A stretch of DNA of 64,000 nt, from positions 1 through 64,000 of the forward strand of contig CAVPRW010000013.1 in NCBI GenBank assembly GCA_963707985.1. Direction: 5' to 3'. The position numbers were made by a program, and so were the translations under genes. Below are positions 30,563 through 41,570 of the stretch, piece by piece. Below the pieces are notes generated by a model. That model searched no databases. It saw nothing but the letters and a program-made list of their open reading frames with translations, and was not told the DNA's origin. Numbering within the stretch: position 1 is the first letter of the stretch; each line of letters starts with the position of its first letter. Source of the stretch: an uncultured Nitrospinota bacterium (GTDB lineage Bacteria > Tectomicrobia > Entotheonellia > J063 > CAVPRW01).

Positions 30563-30881
30563 GCGTGGTTCCTCCTTGGTCTTATGATGTGCAGCTCGTG
30601 GCGGCAGCGCCACTACAGCGACTCCGGGCCAGCATCGACGGAGCCGGTCTAGAATGCGGTGCATACGCAATCATCGGGGAAATCGCTGAACCCGGTTCGA
30701 ACAAGGAACGGACAGGCGAAAGACCTCTCATCACCGTACTCATACGAAAGGCCTGCTCTCTCGCCTTGGTGATAGACAGGATTGAAGCGTCCTCCAGAAA
30801 GCGACAAAGGCTTCCCCGTGGTAACTCGCCACCCGCCACCGGAAGACCACCACCGGTCTCAATTCATAGCATGCCAATGGA

Positions 30882-31715
30882 TTATCGATCGCTATAAATA
30901 ATGGTACCGACATGCTCGCCCCTGAGGGCGGCGATGATCCGTTCAGGGACCCGTCCATTGATCACCTGAAACTGCTTCAGGAGGCGGGCATGGTCAAGCA
31001 AATCGAGCAAGATCCGTTCGAACGGCAAGGTCTCCAGGTGGCGCTGCCTCAATTCAGTGACGGAGATGTCGCGTATGAACGTGGCTGCCGGGTGGACCTT
31101 GGGGTCCTGGTCGTAGAGCCCATCCACATCCTTGACCAGGGTGAGGCTCTGGCAACCGAAACATTCGGCCAGCAGGAAGGCGCCCGCGTCGCTGCCATGC
31201 GGGGGGATTCGCCCAAGGCTGGGAGGATGCTCCCAGAGCGAGTAGGGCGGCACCCCGGCGAAAATCACCCCCGGGACCGTGCGGATGAACAGCGGCAGGA
31301 GATGCCCGAACAGGTCGGGCGGGATCGCCACGACCCCATAGGGTGCGAGCAGGGTGCCGAGGATATGCGCATTCCCGAGGGCGTCAGCCTTGGCCAGCTC
31401 AGCCAGCACCCCGGCTGGCATCCCCAGGTCAATCCCGATGGCGAAGACGTGCCGGCTCCTGGCCCCACCCCCAGTGCCAAGAATGAGCTTGTGTGACGCC
31501 AGACACGTCACGAGGGCTTCGACCACGGGGTAGGTCACCACACGCCCCGCGTCAAGCACGGAGCGCCCGCCGATCTTGATCACGTGTGCATCAGGTAACA
31601 TGCGAAAGACCGGCACTTCGGTCGCTCGCTGGACCTCTTTATCGAGCAGGCTCTCCCGCATCAGCAGAGAGTCCAGATGGTGACGCGTGTCTTCGCGCGG
31701 TACCGGAGGAGACAT
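30882..31715 (-). CDS. mosA: Molybdenum storage protein alpha subunit (amino-acid-kinase fold)
   Basis: MRESLLDK..., HVIKIGGRS, GTGGGARSRH, SLWEHP...RIPPHGSD, VKDVDG. Confidence 0.8.
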   Translation of the reverse strand: MSPPVPREDTRHHLDSLLMRESLLDKEVQRATEVPVFRMLPDAHVIKIGGRSVLDAGRVVTYPVVEALVTCLASHKLILGTGGGARSRHVFAIGIDLGMPAGVLAELAKADALGNAHILGTLLAPYGVVAIPPDLFGHLLPLFIRTVPGVIFAGVPPYSLWEHPPSLGRIPPHGSDAGAFLLAECFGCQSLTLVKDVDGLYDQDPKVHPAATFIRDISVTELRQRHLETLPFERILLDLLDHARLLKQFQVINGRVPERIIAALRGEHVGTIIYSDR

Positions 31716-31723
31716 GGCTCGTG

Positions 31724-31987
31724 TCACTCCTTCTCGCTGTGAGTCGGCGGACATGGACGACTATTGGTCATGTCGTGCTGGCCGAGAGGCTCTACCATCG
31801 CCCCGATCAAGGAAAAGACTGCGGCATGCCCGCGGGCGCTACCACTCTGGCCAGCAATGGTGATCACGTGGGCCCCGGGCAGAATCTGCATGGGCGGTTC
31901 GCGTCCAGTCGCCTGCAGCACCCGTACAGCGCTCAGCGAGCCCGTGATCACGGCGGAGCCCAGGGCCGACAGGAGCGCATGCTTCAT
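31724..31987 (-). pseudogene. mosB: Molybdenum storage protein beta subunit, degenerate N-terminal remnant
   Basis: QILPGAHVITIAGQSGSARGHAAVFSL parallels the ILPDATVIKIGGQS..DRGRAAVYPL motif. Confidence 0.55.
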
Positions 31988-32956
31988 CGCCTGTCAACTC
32001 CATAAGACGACGAAGGGGAGAATGTACTGCAGGATGTCCATGCCCTCGGACACAACTACTGACCCTCTGGCCGGTGTGAGCTATGCATGGTAACAACGGT
32101 ATTCTTCAGACCAACTTCCTCTCGTCAGCAATAACACGTCGGACCTGCTCGTGGATTTGGCCACTCCCATCATACACGTGCCCTTAGAGCTGTCAAGATG
32201 CAGACTAATCTCCGAGATCAAGTCGTCAAACGCGGCAAAACGCGCACCGGTATAGAGCGCTCCTTCCAACGTCGGATCAAACTTACAAGCCTGCAGGGAA
32301 CTACGTTTGGCAGGATGTAATCGCGATCCCGCCGTCAAAACTTGACAGCAAGGGGAAGGTTGTTGACCGTCAACGTGACCCTGGATACGTCCAGATACGC
32401 CACCGCTTCCAGGCTCATCGGAAGGAAACACCTTACCGAACATTTTCCAGCGCTTGCTCCGGGGAGGCAAAACACGAAGATGGCTTAGGCCAGCAGCTGG
32501 CGTTGTATCAGACGTGTGACAACTTTAGGCTGATACAATCTCGGCTCCGGCAAGCCTTATAGTCGACCTGTTGGACAAGGAAACACGTTGATGGGTTTTT
32601 GATCTGAGCGGCAAAATTCAGCACTAAGCTTGATTTGGATATGATCTGCCAGTTGCGCACCATACCTGAGCTCGCGCTCGGCGATTTGCATGTCACCAAC
32701 GACAAAGCCACGCTCGGCAGGCACTGCATAGCTGGCGCGTAGTGTGGCAGTTCTTGTCCCGCATTCCACCGAACGAGCCCAAGCGGCTGACAGGCTCTGC
32801 CCACAAGGGTCTGTAGAGAGGAGGGGCCGCTCTGGAGTCGGCTCCTCGACAGGAGGGACCGCCACCGGGGCCGCGGGGGACCCTACGGCGTCTGCATGTC
32901 CGACTGGCGGAACCCGGTCAGCCCCATCTGCTGAGCGCCGGGAATCTAATGCGGTG

Positions 32957-33500
32957 CTATTCTATTCGGCGTGCCACTTGGGCTCGTACCAGCGGGATCA
33001 GCTCACGCCCGTATTCCACGGCATCCTGGAGGGGATTGAAGCCACGGATCAGCAGGGTGGAGGCACCGGCATCATAGTAATCGAGGAGCGCTTCACACAC
33101 TTGCTCCGGGGTGCCAACCAGGGCAGACGTATTGCCGGCCGCGCCCGTGGCTGAGGCGATCGGCATCCAAAGGCGCTTGTCATGCACGTCGCTCTGGGCC
33201 GCAAAAGCGAGGAGCCGCTGCGATCCTACGGCTTTCGGCTGCTGCGCCATGGGCGTTGAGGGGCTGCGCGTTTGGACCTGGGCCAGGATGCTCCGTGCGC
33301 GCTCCCAGGCCTCCGCTTCTGTGGCCCCAAGAATGGGCCTGACGGAGACGCTGAAGCGCGGGCTGCGGCCATACGGGCGCGCCGCGGTACGTACGGCCGC
33401 GATACGCTCTTTCACCGCTGCGACCGGCTCACCCCAGAAGGCATAAACGTCACAGTGCTTTGCTCCTGCAGCCACGGCAGCCTCTGAGGCACCGCTCTGC
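32957..33500 (-). pseudogene. LLM-class flavin-dependent monooxygenase, C-terminal half
   Basis: GASEAA..AGAKHCDVYAFWGEP...ALVGTPEQV...YYDAGASTLLIRGF; N-terminus replaced by the nuoH end. Confidence 0.8.
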
Positions 33501-33534
33501 AACGGCGATTTACAGACCAATACCGTGGTGCGTA

Positions 33535-34554
33535 TTATGTCAGGGCCACGATTCCAGCGGTCACGAAGATATTGAGCAGAGCTAGCGGCAGCAGCACCTT
33601 CCAGCCCAAAAGCATCAGTTGGTCGTAGCGGAAGCGAGGGATGGTCCAGCGCACCCAAACGAAGAGAAAGAGGAGGACAGCAACTTTGATGGCGAACGCG
33701 AAGATCTCCAGGAGGCTGAGCCACCAGGGCGAAGGATCGAGTGTGGAGATAAAGGGAATCATCCAGCCCCCGAAGAAAATCGTCACGACCAAGGCTGAAG
33801 CTGTGATCATGTTGGCATATTCGGCCATAAAAAACATGGCGAACTTCATGCCCGCGTATTCAGTATGATAACCTGCCACCAGCTCGGTCTCAGCCTCTGG
33901 CAAATCAAAGGGCAAGCGGTTGGTTTCAGCGAACACCGCCACCAGGAAAATGAAGAAGCCCAGCGGCTGTTTCACCACGTTCCACAGGCCATGCTGGGCG
34001 TATACCATCTCCCGCAGGCTCAGCGAACCCGTGAGCAGCACCACACCGACGATGGACAGTCCCAGCGCCAGCTCGTAGCTGATCATTTGCGCCGACGAAC
34101 GTAAGCCACCCAGCAGCGAATACTTATTATTCGAGGACCACCCCGCCAACACAATGCCATATACACCCAGCGAGGAGAGCGCCAGAACGTAGAGCACACC
34201 GATGTTGACATCAGTGATGACCAGCGGGATCTCCCACCCGAAGATGCTGAGCGTGCCGCCAAAGGGAATCACCGCAAACGTGATCAGGGCGGGTATGAGT
34301 GAGAGGGCGGGGGCGATGATGAAGACTCGTCGATCCACTTGCCCGGGGATGAGATCTTCTTTGTGAATAAATTTGATGGCGTCAGCGAGCGGCTGGAGCA
34401 AACCATACGGGCCGACCCGGTTAGGCCCCAGCCGGTCTTGAATGAAGGCGCTGATCCGGCGCTCGACCCAGACTAATAAGGTCACCACAGCCATGACGGC
34501 GTTGAAGACAACAGCGATTTTCAGCAATGTGATCAGCAGTCCTACCAGCGTCAT
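33535..34554 (-). CDS. nuoH: NADH-quinone oxidoreductase subunit H
   Basis: ERRISAFIQDRLGPNRVGP.GLLQPLADAIK; ETNRLPFDLPEAE.ELVAGY.TEY; PRFRYDQLM. Confidence 0.97.
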   Translation of the reverse strand: MTLVGLLITLLKIAVVFNAVMAVVTLLVWVERRISAFIQDRLGPNRVGPYGLLQPLADAIKFIHKEDLIPGQVDRRVFIIAPALSLIPALITFAVIPFGGTLSIFGWEIPLVITDVNIGVLYVLALSSLGVYGIVLAGWSSNNKYSLLGGLRSSAQMISYELALGLSIVGVVLLTGSLSLREMVYAQHGLWNVVKQPLGFFIFLVAVFAETNRLPFDLPEAETELVAGYHTEYAGMKFAMFFMAEYANMITASALVVTIFFGGWMIPFISTLDPSPWWLSLLEIFAFAIKVAVLLFLFVWVRWTIPRFRYDQLMLLGWKVLLPLALLNIFVTAGIVALT

Positions 34555-34572
34555 GAGAGGCCTTTGTGCCGG

Positions 34573-36144
34573 TTAGTCGATGGCGATCCCCAAGCTCCCC
34601 ACTTTTTCATAGGTGATCCCGGTGTACGCCGCGATCTCACGTCCAATCTCTTCCGTGACCGTCGCAGCTGAAGTGAAGGGCCACGAGGCGCCGAGACGGT
34701 TGGCAAGCGCACAGAAGATCTCCCAGTCCGGTTTGCTGAGCCCAAAGGGTTTCAGAGCGCGGCGGACGCGCTGCACTCGTCGGCGATAATTGGTGAACGT
34801 GCCCTCCTTCTCGGCAAAGCTGGTACCGGGGAGCACCACGTGCGCCAGCTTGGTGGTTTCGGTCGGGAGGATATCCTGCACGATGAGGAGATCGAGTTGA
34901 CCTAGTACCTCACGCCACTCCGGATCGGCGGCAAGGTCCTCTTGCACGACGTAGAGTCCCTTGATCGTACCCACCCGGATGCCTTCGCGAATGCCCGACA
35001 GGTCGAGCCCACCCGGACCCGGTCGGCAGTCGAGGTCGACCACACCACGCGCGTTCGGCGCTTTATCCCGGCGAATGAGGAAATTGTCTTCATCGCCATC
35101 GGGCGGCGGTGGAACATCGAGATGGGGTGACCCGATGATGTCGCGCACCAGCCGCCGGAACAGCAAAAGATCCTCATTGGTCGACTTCGTCGAGCCAATG
35201 CCTGCCAGTGCCTCGGACCCATGTGCCTGTTTCAGCGCTTGCACGGCTTCGGCACACCAGTGCAGCGCCTCATCCCATGAGGTTGGAGTATACTGCTCAC
35301 CATGGCGTACCAGCGGGCTCTTGAGGCGGTCATCGCGATTGACATCCTCGAAGCCAAAGCGGCCAGCATCACACATCCAGTGTTCGTTGACGTCGTCATT
35401 AATGCGCGGCCGCAGACGTTGAATCTTATTCTGGTAGACATCTACCCAGATGTTGCAGCCGTTGCTACAGCCGGGGCAAATGCTTTCGGTTGGCTGCAGA
35501 AACCAGACGCGGGCCCGGAACCGGAACTCACGGGTGGTGAGTGCACCAACCGGACAGATGTCGACGACGTTGGCGGAATATTTGTTACGCAGCTCCTGGC
35601 CGGGGAAGACGTCGATGACTTGGCGGTCACCACGGTTGAAGATCCCCAGCTCCTCCTCCCCCACGACATCACGGCAGAACCGCACACAGCGGGTGCAGAC
35701 GATACAACGCTCGGCGTCGAAAAGGACATGGGGGCCAAGCGGCACCTTCTTTGGCTTGTGGACCTTCTCTTCGATGAACCGACTCTCACCAGGGCCGTAG
35801 TCGTGGGTGTACTCCTGCAAGACACACTCACCGGCTTGATCGCAGATCGGGCAATCTAGAGGGTGGTTGATCAGGATAAACTCCAGCACACCTTTACGAA
35901 CCTTCTCGATCTCAGGGGTGTTGGTGGCGACGACCATGCCATCGGTCACAACTGTCGAGCAGGCAGGGACTGGTTTGGGGATCTTCTCCACCTTCACCAG
36001 GCACATGCGGCAGTTGGCTTCTACCTGCAGCTTCGGATGATAGCAGAAATATGGGATCTCGATCCCCAGCCGCTCGGCAGCCTGGATGAGGTTTGTCCCT
36101 GCTTCTACCGTGATCTCGTGATCATCGATCTTCACCGTCGGCAT
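34573..36144 (-). CDS. nuoG: NADH-quinone oxidoreductase subunit G (short form)
   Basis: FCYH..CRMC, HPLDCPICDQAGEC, CIVCTRC..CPVGAL, CPGCSNGC. Confidence 0.9.
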   Translation of the reverse strand: MPTVKIDDHEITVEAGTNLIQAAERLGIEIPYFCYHPKLQVEANCRMCLVKVEKIPKPVPACSTVVTDGMVVATNTPEIEKVRKGVLEFILINHPLDCPICDQAGECVLQEYTHDYGPGESRFIEEKVHKPKKVPLGPHVLFDAERCIVCTRCVRFCRDVVGEEELGIFNRGDRQVIDVFPGQELRNKYSANVVDICPVGALTTREFRFRARVWFLQPTESICPGCSNGCNIWVDVYQNKIQRLRPRINDDVNEHWMCDAGRFGFEDVNRDDRLKSPLVRHGEQYTPTSWDEALHWCAEAVQALKQAHGSEALAGIGSTKSTNEDLLLFRRLVRDIIGSPHLDVPPPPDGDEDNFLIRRDKAPNARGVVDLDCRPGPGGLDLSGIREGIRVGTIKGLYVVQEDLAADPEWREVLGQLDLLIVQDILPTETTKLAHVVLPGTSFAEKEGTFTNYRRRVQRVRRALKPFGLSKPDWEIFCALANRLGASWPFTSAATVTEEIGREIAAYTGITYEKVGSLGIAID

Positions 36145-36154
36145 ACGCTCATCC

Positions 36155-36724
36155 TCAACTCTGGCTCTTGCCTCGAATGTCCCCCTTACGCCACAGCTTA
36201 CTGATAAACGGCGGCGGTGACTGCTGCAACGTGCGCACGTTGTCGCGAGGGTCCACTTCGACCTCCGGGCCTAACGTTGGGAAATCCTTACGCAGCGGGT
36301 GTCCGGGGTAATCATCCGGCATGTATATGCGCCGTAGGTCAGGATGATCCGCAAATTGGATGCCGAGCATATCGAAGGCTTCACGCTCGTGCCAATTAGC
36401 CGTGCTCCAGACAGACGTTACCGACGGGACGATGGCATCGCTCTCAGCCACCCGCACTTTCAGGCGCAAGCGGCGATTATAGGGGACCGAGTACAGGTGA
36501 TAGACCACCTCGAAACGCGGCTCTCGCCCGAGATAATCCACCCCTCCCATATCCATGAGCAGATCGTAGCGGAAATCCGGATCATCCTTTAACCATCGGC
36601 AAATATTTACGATCTGCTCGCGGTTGACGACCAGCGCCACCTCCCCATGAGCCTCAGAAACTTCCTGTACCGCGTCCGCGAAACGTCCAATGAGCTTTTC
36701 AGCGACCGGTATGTCACTCATCAT
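36155..36724 (-). CDS. nuoC: NADH-quinone oxidoreductase subunit C
   Basis: RFEVVYHLYS, ANWHEREAFDMLGI.F..HPDLRRI, GHPLRKDFP. Confidence 0.95.
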   Translation of the reverse strand: MMSDIPVAEKLIGRFADAVQEVSEAHGEVALVVNREQIVNICRWLKDDPDFRYDLLMDMGGVDYLGREPRFEVVYHLYSVPYNRRLRLKVRVAESDAIVPSVTSVWSTANWHEREAFDMLGIQFADHPDLRRIYMPDDYPGHPLRKDFPTLGPEVEVDPRDNVRTLQQSPPPFISKLWRKGDIRGKSQS

Positions 36725-36728
36725 GGCC

Positions 36729-37055
36729 TTAGGACATCACGCTCTGGAGCTTATCGACGATCACCTTTTTCGGCACGGCCCCAATGATGCGTTCTGCCGG
36801 CTTACCGTCCTTGAACACCAGTAGAGTTGGGATACTTTGGACGCCATACGCCACAGCCGTGCGGGGATTATCGTCGACGTCCAGCTTCATCACTTTAATC
36901 TTGCCTTCATAGTCGCCGGCAATCTCCTCAACGACGGGCGCAACGGCACGGCATGGACCACACCACACGGCCCAAAAGTCCACCAAGACCGGTTGCGTCG
37001 ATTGCAACACTTCTTGCTCAAATGTGCTGTCAGTCACTTCAATGGCTTTTGCCAT
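36729..37055 (-). CDS. trxA: Thioredoxin
   Basis: [24 protein letters not shown]. Confidence 0.95.
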   Translation of the reverse strand: MAKAIEVTDSTFEQEVLQSTQPVLVDFWAVWCGPCRAVAPVVEEIAGDYEGKIKVMKLDVDDNPRTAVAYGVQSIPTLLVFKDGKPAERIIGAVPKKVIVDKLQSVMS

Positions 37056-37277
37056 GATCGCTAGCCTCCTGTGCGATTTCACATGGTAAATCTGTTCTCG
37101 GTCACATGCTTAAGCCGTCGGCACCCTCCGAGCTCTTTTCGCTGAGCGAGTGCCCGATTCACAGCCGATCACGCATCGATGCGTCTTACACGAGGCCAAT
37201 CCAGGCATCGACGACCAACACTCCACCGCGTAGGCAAAGAGGGGGTTCAGGTCGATCTGATACGGTTACGAATGCTG

Positions 37278-37389
37278 GTCCGCCGGGGGTGACAGCCTTG
37301 ACTAACTGCCCTCCCAGAGCACCGAGATTGACCCCTCATGTCCCTCGGAGGTTCTGGGCTGTAACTGAGCGGCCTACACTCCGGAGGAC
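37278..37389 (-). ncRNA. Candidate structured RNA (rod-like hairpin) in the trxA leader
   Basis: GTCCTCCGGAGTGTAGGCC pairs with GGCTGTCACCCCCGGCGGAC; internal loop; CCCAGA/TCTGGG and CCGAG/CTCGG inner stems. Confidence 0.3.
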
Positions 37390-37418
37390 GTCGACTCAGA
37401 GGCATCAAGTCCTCTGCC

Positions 37419-37448
37419 ACCATACCATTTGCTAGCTCTGGCTGTCAA
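37419..37448 (-). promoter_or_regulatory. Putative sigma70 promoter upstream of the trxA-nuo unit
   Basis: TTGACA-18 bp-TATGGT with extended -10 TGn. Confidence 0.5.
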
Positions 37449-38336
37449 GGCGCCGAGGGACGCAGCGCCACACCGCCAGGCGATGGCAGCAGCAGCGGTT
37501 TACCCACACTCATTCCTTGCTCATTACCGGTCAGCTCTAGGGCCGCAGCAGTGCCCAGATAATTTTGCGATCGAGACCACTACAGGGTCCTTACCGTGAC
37601 TCCAGGGATGGTAGCTCAGCTGACGCCGAAGAGGCATTCTCTAGAGGGCTACGCCATGCTACTACATCACTGGCGTTTCATTGCTGAGTCGCAGCCCACA
37701 CGAGGATGACGCGATGCAAGCCTCCCACCTGCCGCTCCGCACGCATGGTCGGGGCAAGGGTCAGATCACCATATTGAATCTCCTGAAGGGGTAGAACTAG
37801 AGGCGCACAAAGCTGGATTTCCTCCACCATCGTCTCCTGAACGCTGCCTGATCCATCCATGCCTGCCCATGACAGCGGCCGAAGAGACAGGCGCCATGGC
37901 GCTCACTAACTCGGTAACAACAACGCTTCCTTTTATCTTGAGAGAAGAGGTAGGAATTAATCAAAGAGGAGTATTAGCTATGGCATCGTACACTGCCTTC
38001 GGTGTTAGGTCTACAAGCCAACCGACGAATCCCATGGTATTACTACCTTGGTTGCGGAATTACGGCGCCAGCCCCACGGGTGCGCATAGGCATGCTCCGA
38101 ACATAGTCCGAAATGGGCGGCTTTGGACGATTCCGTACGGCATAGAAGCGATACTTATAACAGCGCTAGCGGCCGTCATCGCCCGTCTGTCGGCCCATCG
38201 CCCCGTGGTTGCCACGCTGGATACGACAGTCCCTGCCGCGGCGACCGACGGCAGCTCGCTGCGCTTGTCAGGCAGGCCCCGCCCCAGATGTGCCAGAATA
38301 CTGCCTTTCGCTAGGTTAAGGCCTTCTAGGCGTACT

Positions 38337-39293
38337 TCACTGCACCACAAACCCACAGGCGCCATCTGTCTGGCCCGACTCGCCCGACCGCGGACGGACA
38401 AAGGTATTGACGCCGCCATCGGTACAGGCCACATCGGGGGTACCGCAGTCAAACCACGAGTCTTCAAACATATTGCCATCGGCGCTGTTGAACAAGACGC
38501 ACGTGCCCGCGGGGTTAGAGAAGTGGACGCCCACAAATCGATTCTGCGAGGGAATAGCCGGGAAGATCCCTCGGAGCTGCCACAAGGTCTGCTCGGTTTT
38601 TCCGACGACGATCGTATTCCTGATGCTGCGGTCGTCAAAGATGACTGGCGTCAGATAGGCCTCGTTGCCTTCCAGGTAGCTGTCACTCACGTTCTTGAAC
38701 CGGATCGACGTGGTGCCACCCATCGCGCGGTTGTACCACAGGATCTGCCCGCTGTTGTTCAGCGCGTAGATTTGCTCCAGCCGATTCTCCCAGCTATCGA
38801 CATAGGCGATGATGTTCCGGTGCGCCCCCTCGCTGACGTGTATACCTTCATCGGCGTTGGCGTACACCCTCAGGTCTTGCACGTGGTTCCCGCTACCCAC
38901 CAGGTTGACGCCATAGCCGACCCCATGCTGGCCATTGGCCCAGACCCAGGCTCCCTGCCCGTCAATGAGGTTGCCTGAGCCTTGGATACGGTACCCATAG
39001 TGAAAGCCGGTGACGCTGCAGTGGCGTACCACGGCGTTGGTCCCCACGGTGCGAATCCCCACGCTATCAGGACCGTAATAGTTGCCGGAGATGGTATGGC
39101 CTCCGCAGTCTAGGGTGACACCACTGCCGATGTTGATAGCCGTGGGCACGTTAGGGCAAGAGGCATTAACTGGCAGGACAAAGTTCGCCACGAGGGTATC
39201 GCCACACTGGCAATTGGCCCCGGTGCAATTTTTGGCCAGCGCCGTGGTCGCCGCTATGAGGATGCTCAAAATCCCCATCAAGATGAGTCGCAT
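38337..39293 (-). CDS. Secreted right-handed beta-helix protein
   Basis: Signal peptide; CQCGDTL; VTLDCGGHTISG; repeated G(I/V)xxxGSGN turns. Confidence 0.75.
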   Translation of the reverse strand: MRLILMGILSILIAATTALAKNCTGANCQCGDTLVANFVLPVNASCPNVPTAINIGSGVTLDCGGHTISGNYYGPDSVGIRTVGTNAVVRHCSVTGFHYGYRIQGSGNLIDGQGAWVWANGQHGVGYGVNLVGSGNHVQDLRVYANADEGIHVSEGAHRNIIAYVDSWENRLEQIYALNNSGQILWYNRAMGGTTSIRFKNVSDSYLEGNEAYLTPVIFDDRSIRNTIVVGKTEQTLWQLRGIFPAIPSQNRFVGVHFSNPAGTCVLFNSADGNMFEDSWFDCGTPDVACTDGGVNTFVRPRSGESGQTDGACGFVVQ

Positions 39294-39392
39294 CGAGTGA
39301 ATCCTCTGAATCCTCCAGTTCCGGGCAAGTGTCAGATGTTTGCAGCCATGGTAAATGACAGATGCAATCTAGGGGCCCCTGCATTTGACAGT

Positions 39393-40196
39393 TCAAACAG
39401 TGCGTTGTTTGAGTAATTCTTCTGCGATAGCCTTGCGAGTTGCTTCCAATTCCTGGACCTTGACCTCTGCCGGCGCAATGACTTTATCCCCTAGTGCGGC
39501 GATTAACCCCTCCAGGCTTTCGTCGCGGTAGACTTTCAGTACCCAGGAATATTTCCAGTAGTCCGGAAACATGGCGTAGGGGCGGGCCATACCTTCCATC
39601 ACGGGCGGCACTGGGACTGCCAACGTTGGCACAATGGCTTCCAACTCTTTAGGAAGGCTACTAGGCTCTGTGCGATCGGCGATGATAAACCGCGCCATAT
39701 GAGCCAAGGTCGAGATGGTCTCCGTGAGATCGCGGCTTGCCGGTTTCTCGAAATCAAATAAGATAGGCAGGTAGTTCCGGCGGCGCAGCTCGTCTCGAAT
39801 CGCATCGAGCACAGCCTTCCGCTCCGGAGTAAAGCGGCCTAGGATCAGCACAGCCTTGGAGATGATGGTATCAATCTCACCGAAAGGTGTGATGACCATA
39901 TCTGCTTGCCGTGCTCCTGCGAGATAGATAATCCACACAGAAATCCCATAAATTTGACGCCCCGTGAGATTCGCCCCCTCGAGTGTGGTCTGTACCAAGC
40001 GGGCGTTCTCAAGGTCCGCCCCGTGGTGGTCTGCCTGAAAGAGGTCTGCCTCGTAGAGGTTTGCCCCGCCGAGGTTTGCCGCGCCGAGCTTTGCCCCGTG
40101 GAAGTTTGCCCTGCGGAGGTTCGCCCCAAAAAGGTCAGGCGTTATATCACGATTTGCTTCTCGCCACTGATTCCAGGCTAGGATCCCTTGCTTCAC
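39393..40196 (-). CDS. Pentapeptide-repeat protein
   Basis: WNQWR then A(N/D)Lxx repeats; C-terminal AVLILGRFTPERKAVLDAIR..PILFDF domain; possibly internally deleted. Confidence 0.8.
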   Translation of the reverse strand: MKQGILAWNQWREANRDITPDLFGANLRRANFHGAKLGAANLGGANLYEADLFQADHHGADLENARLVQTTLEGANLTGRQIYGISVWIIYLAGARQADMVITPFGEIDTIISKAVLILGRFTPERKAVLDAIRDELRRRNYLPILFDFEKPASRDLTETISTLAHMARFIIADRTEPSSLPKELEAIVPTLAVPVPPVMEGMARPYAMFPDYWKYSWVLKVYRDESLEGLIAALGDKVIAPAEVKVQELEATRKAIAEELLKQRTV

Positions 40197-40395
40197 CCGT
40201 CTGAGATGTATTTTACTCGCTACTGATCAGTCCTCCGCCACGCGCTGCCACGGGAACAACCGATAGGGCATTACTCCGCTGTAGGCATTACGGCCAATCT
40301 GCCACATTTCTCCGCGTGTCGCAAACTGCACCATGACTGACACTGCTGGGGAATGCACCACCCCCATCGGGTTCCGTCGAGATCGGCCCCTCCCA

Positions 40396-41238
40396 TCAGA
40401 AGTTCCGGATGGCCGGCAACGCGATCGCAAAGAGATCGCTCAAATCCGTGGCCTGAGCGGCGTCTCCCAGAAACGGTGTCACGCCAAAGATGCGCTGGAT
40501 GGTGCGCAGCGTTGAGCTATGCGTGTAGGGGATCGTGTTCGCATAGCCGTCGCCCTTGGCAAAAGGCGACAGCGCGATCATCCCGATCGGCTGACGACGC
40601 CTCCCTCAGAGGGATCGTACCCCACGAGCTCCCTCATCCCACGTGATGAAGAGGACCCCCCCTGTCTGGTATGCCCCAGAGGTGAGGATCTTCGGCACTT
40701 CCTGAGCAAGCCAGGTGTCCCCCGTGGGGATATCGCAGTCGTGCATGTCATGGCAGAGGTTTGGCGTGATGAAGTTATAGTGGGCGACGGTGTTCTGGAC
40801 GAGATCCGTCGCCAGCTCGTGATACGGCCGCACATGAGCGATACAGTACGGAGAGTGAGGATTGTTGCCCTCGGTCACGTCAGTAAAATAGACCATCGGG
40901 TGATGCTTGGGTCGGTAGAGACCGGTCGGGGTCAGCGGGCACTCCGTCCCGCTGATGTCCTCTTGGTAGGATCTCCATGTCCACCCCGCCTGCGCCAAGC
41001 GTGTGACGAGATGGGCCGCCGTATGCTGGGAATGGACGCGCGGGAGGTCGTTATCGGTAATCCCGAACGCGGTCCCTGCCTCGAGCCATAAATAATTCGG
41101 GAGACTGGGAGAGAGCCCGGGGCTGTAGTACTGCTCGGCGTGTGACGCGCGTGGGAGCAGCTGCGTATTCATGTACGGCGCTTGCGGCTGGCCCTTGATA
41201 TCCGCCCAATCCGTATTCTCCATAACGATGAGGAACAC
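40396..41238 (-). pseudogene. Phosphoesterase/acid-phosphatase-family protein, frameshifted
   Basis: FLIVMEN, PSLPNYL, W.SYQE, FITPNLCHDMHD, FITWDE, YTHSSTLRTI. Confidence 0.8.
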
Positions 41239-41314
41239 CGTCTGGATGGGACCCGAGTGCGGCGGTTCTCAGGGCAGGGCCCTGTCTGGCGGCCAGCGAT
41301 GTCGCCCTGCATCT

Positions 41315-41570
41315 CTGTCAGGTCAGGAAACCGTTCAGCCTTGCCCGCGGCGTATCGATACTGCATGGCTACATTCTGGCCATCGACCCAGCCGAGTTCG
41401 CGTAGCCCCTGTTCGAACGCCTCGATGAAGGGCGAGGGGGTTCCGGGGGACCCAATCCAGAGAAACCCGACCCGGGGGACCTTCCCCGTCTGCTGCGCCG
41501 TCGTGTCGAACGACACCATGAGGAGGCTGGAGACTAGGGCGACGATAAACGTGCGGGTGAAAGTCGTCAT
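41315..41570 (-). pseudogene. ABC transporter substrate-binding protein, N-terminal fragment
   Basis: AQQTGKVPRVGFL...AFEQGLRELGWVDGQNV..YRYAAG; truncated. Confidence 0.72.

Noticed and set aside
32081..32950. Short ORFs between the mosB remnant and the LLM fragment
   Set aside because: No recognisable motifs or RBS; probably decayed sequence.
40010..40135. 15-bp tandem periodicity
   Set aside because: Explained by pentapeptide-repeat coding; not a CRISPR.
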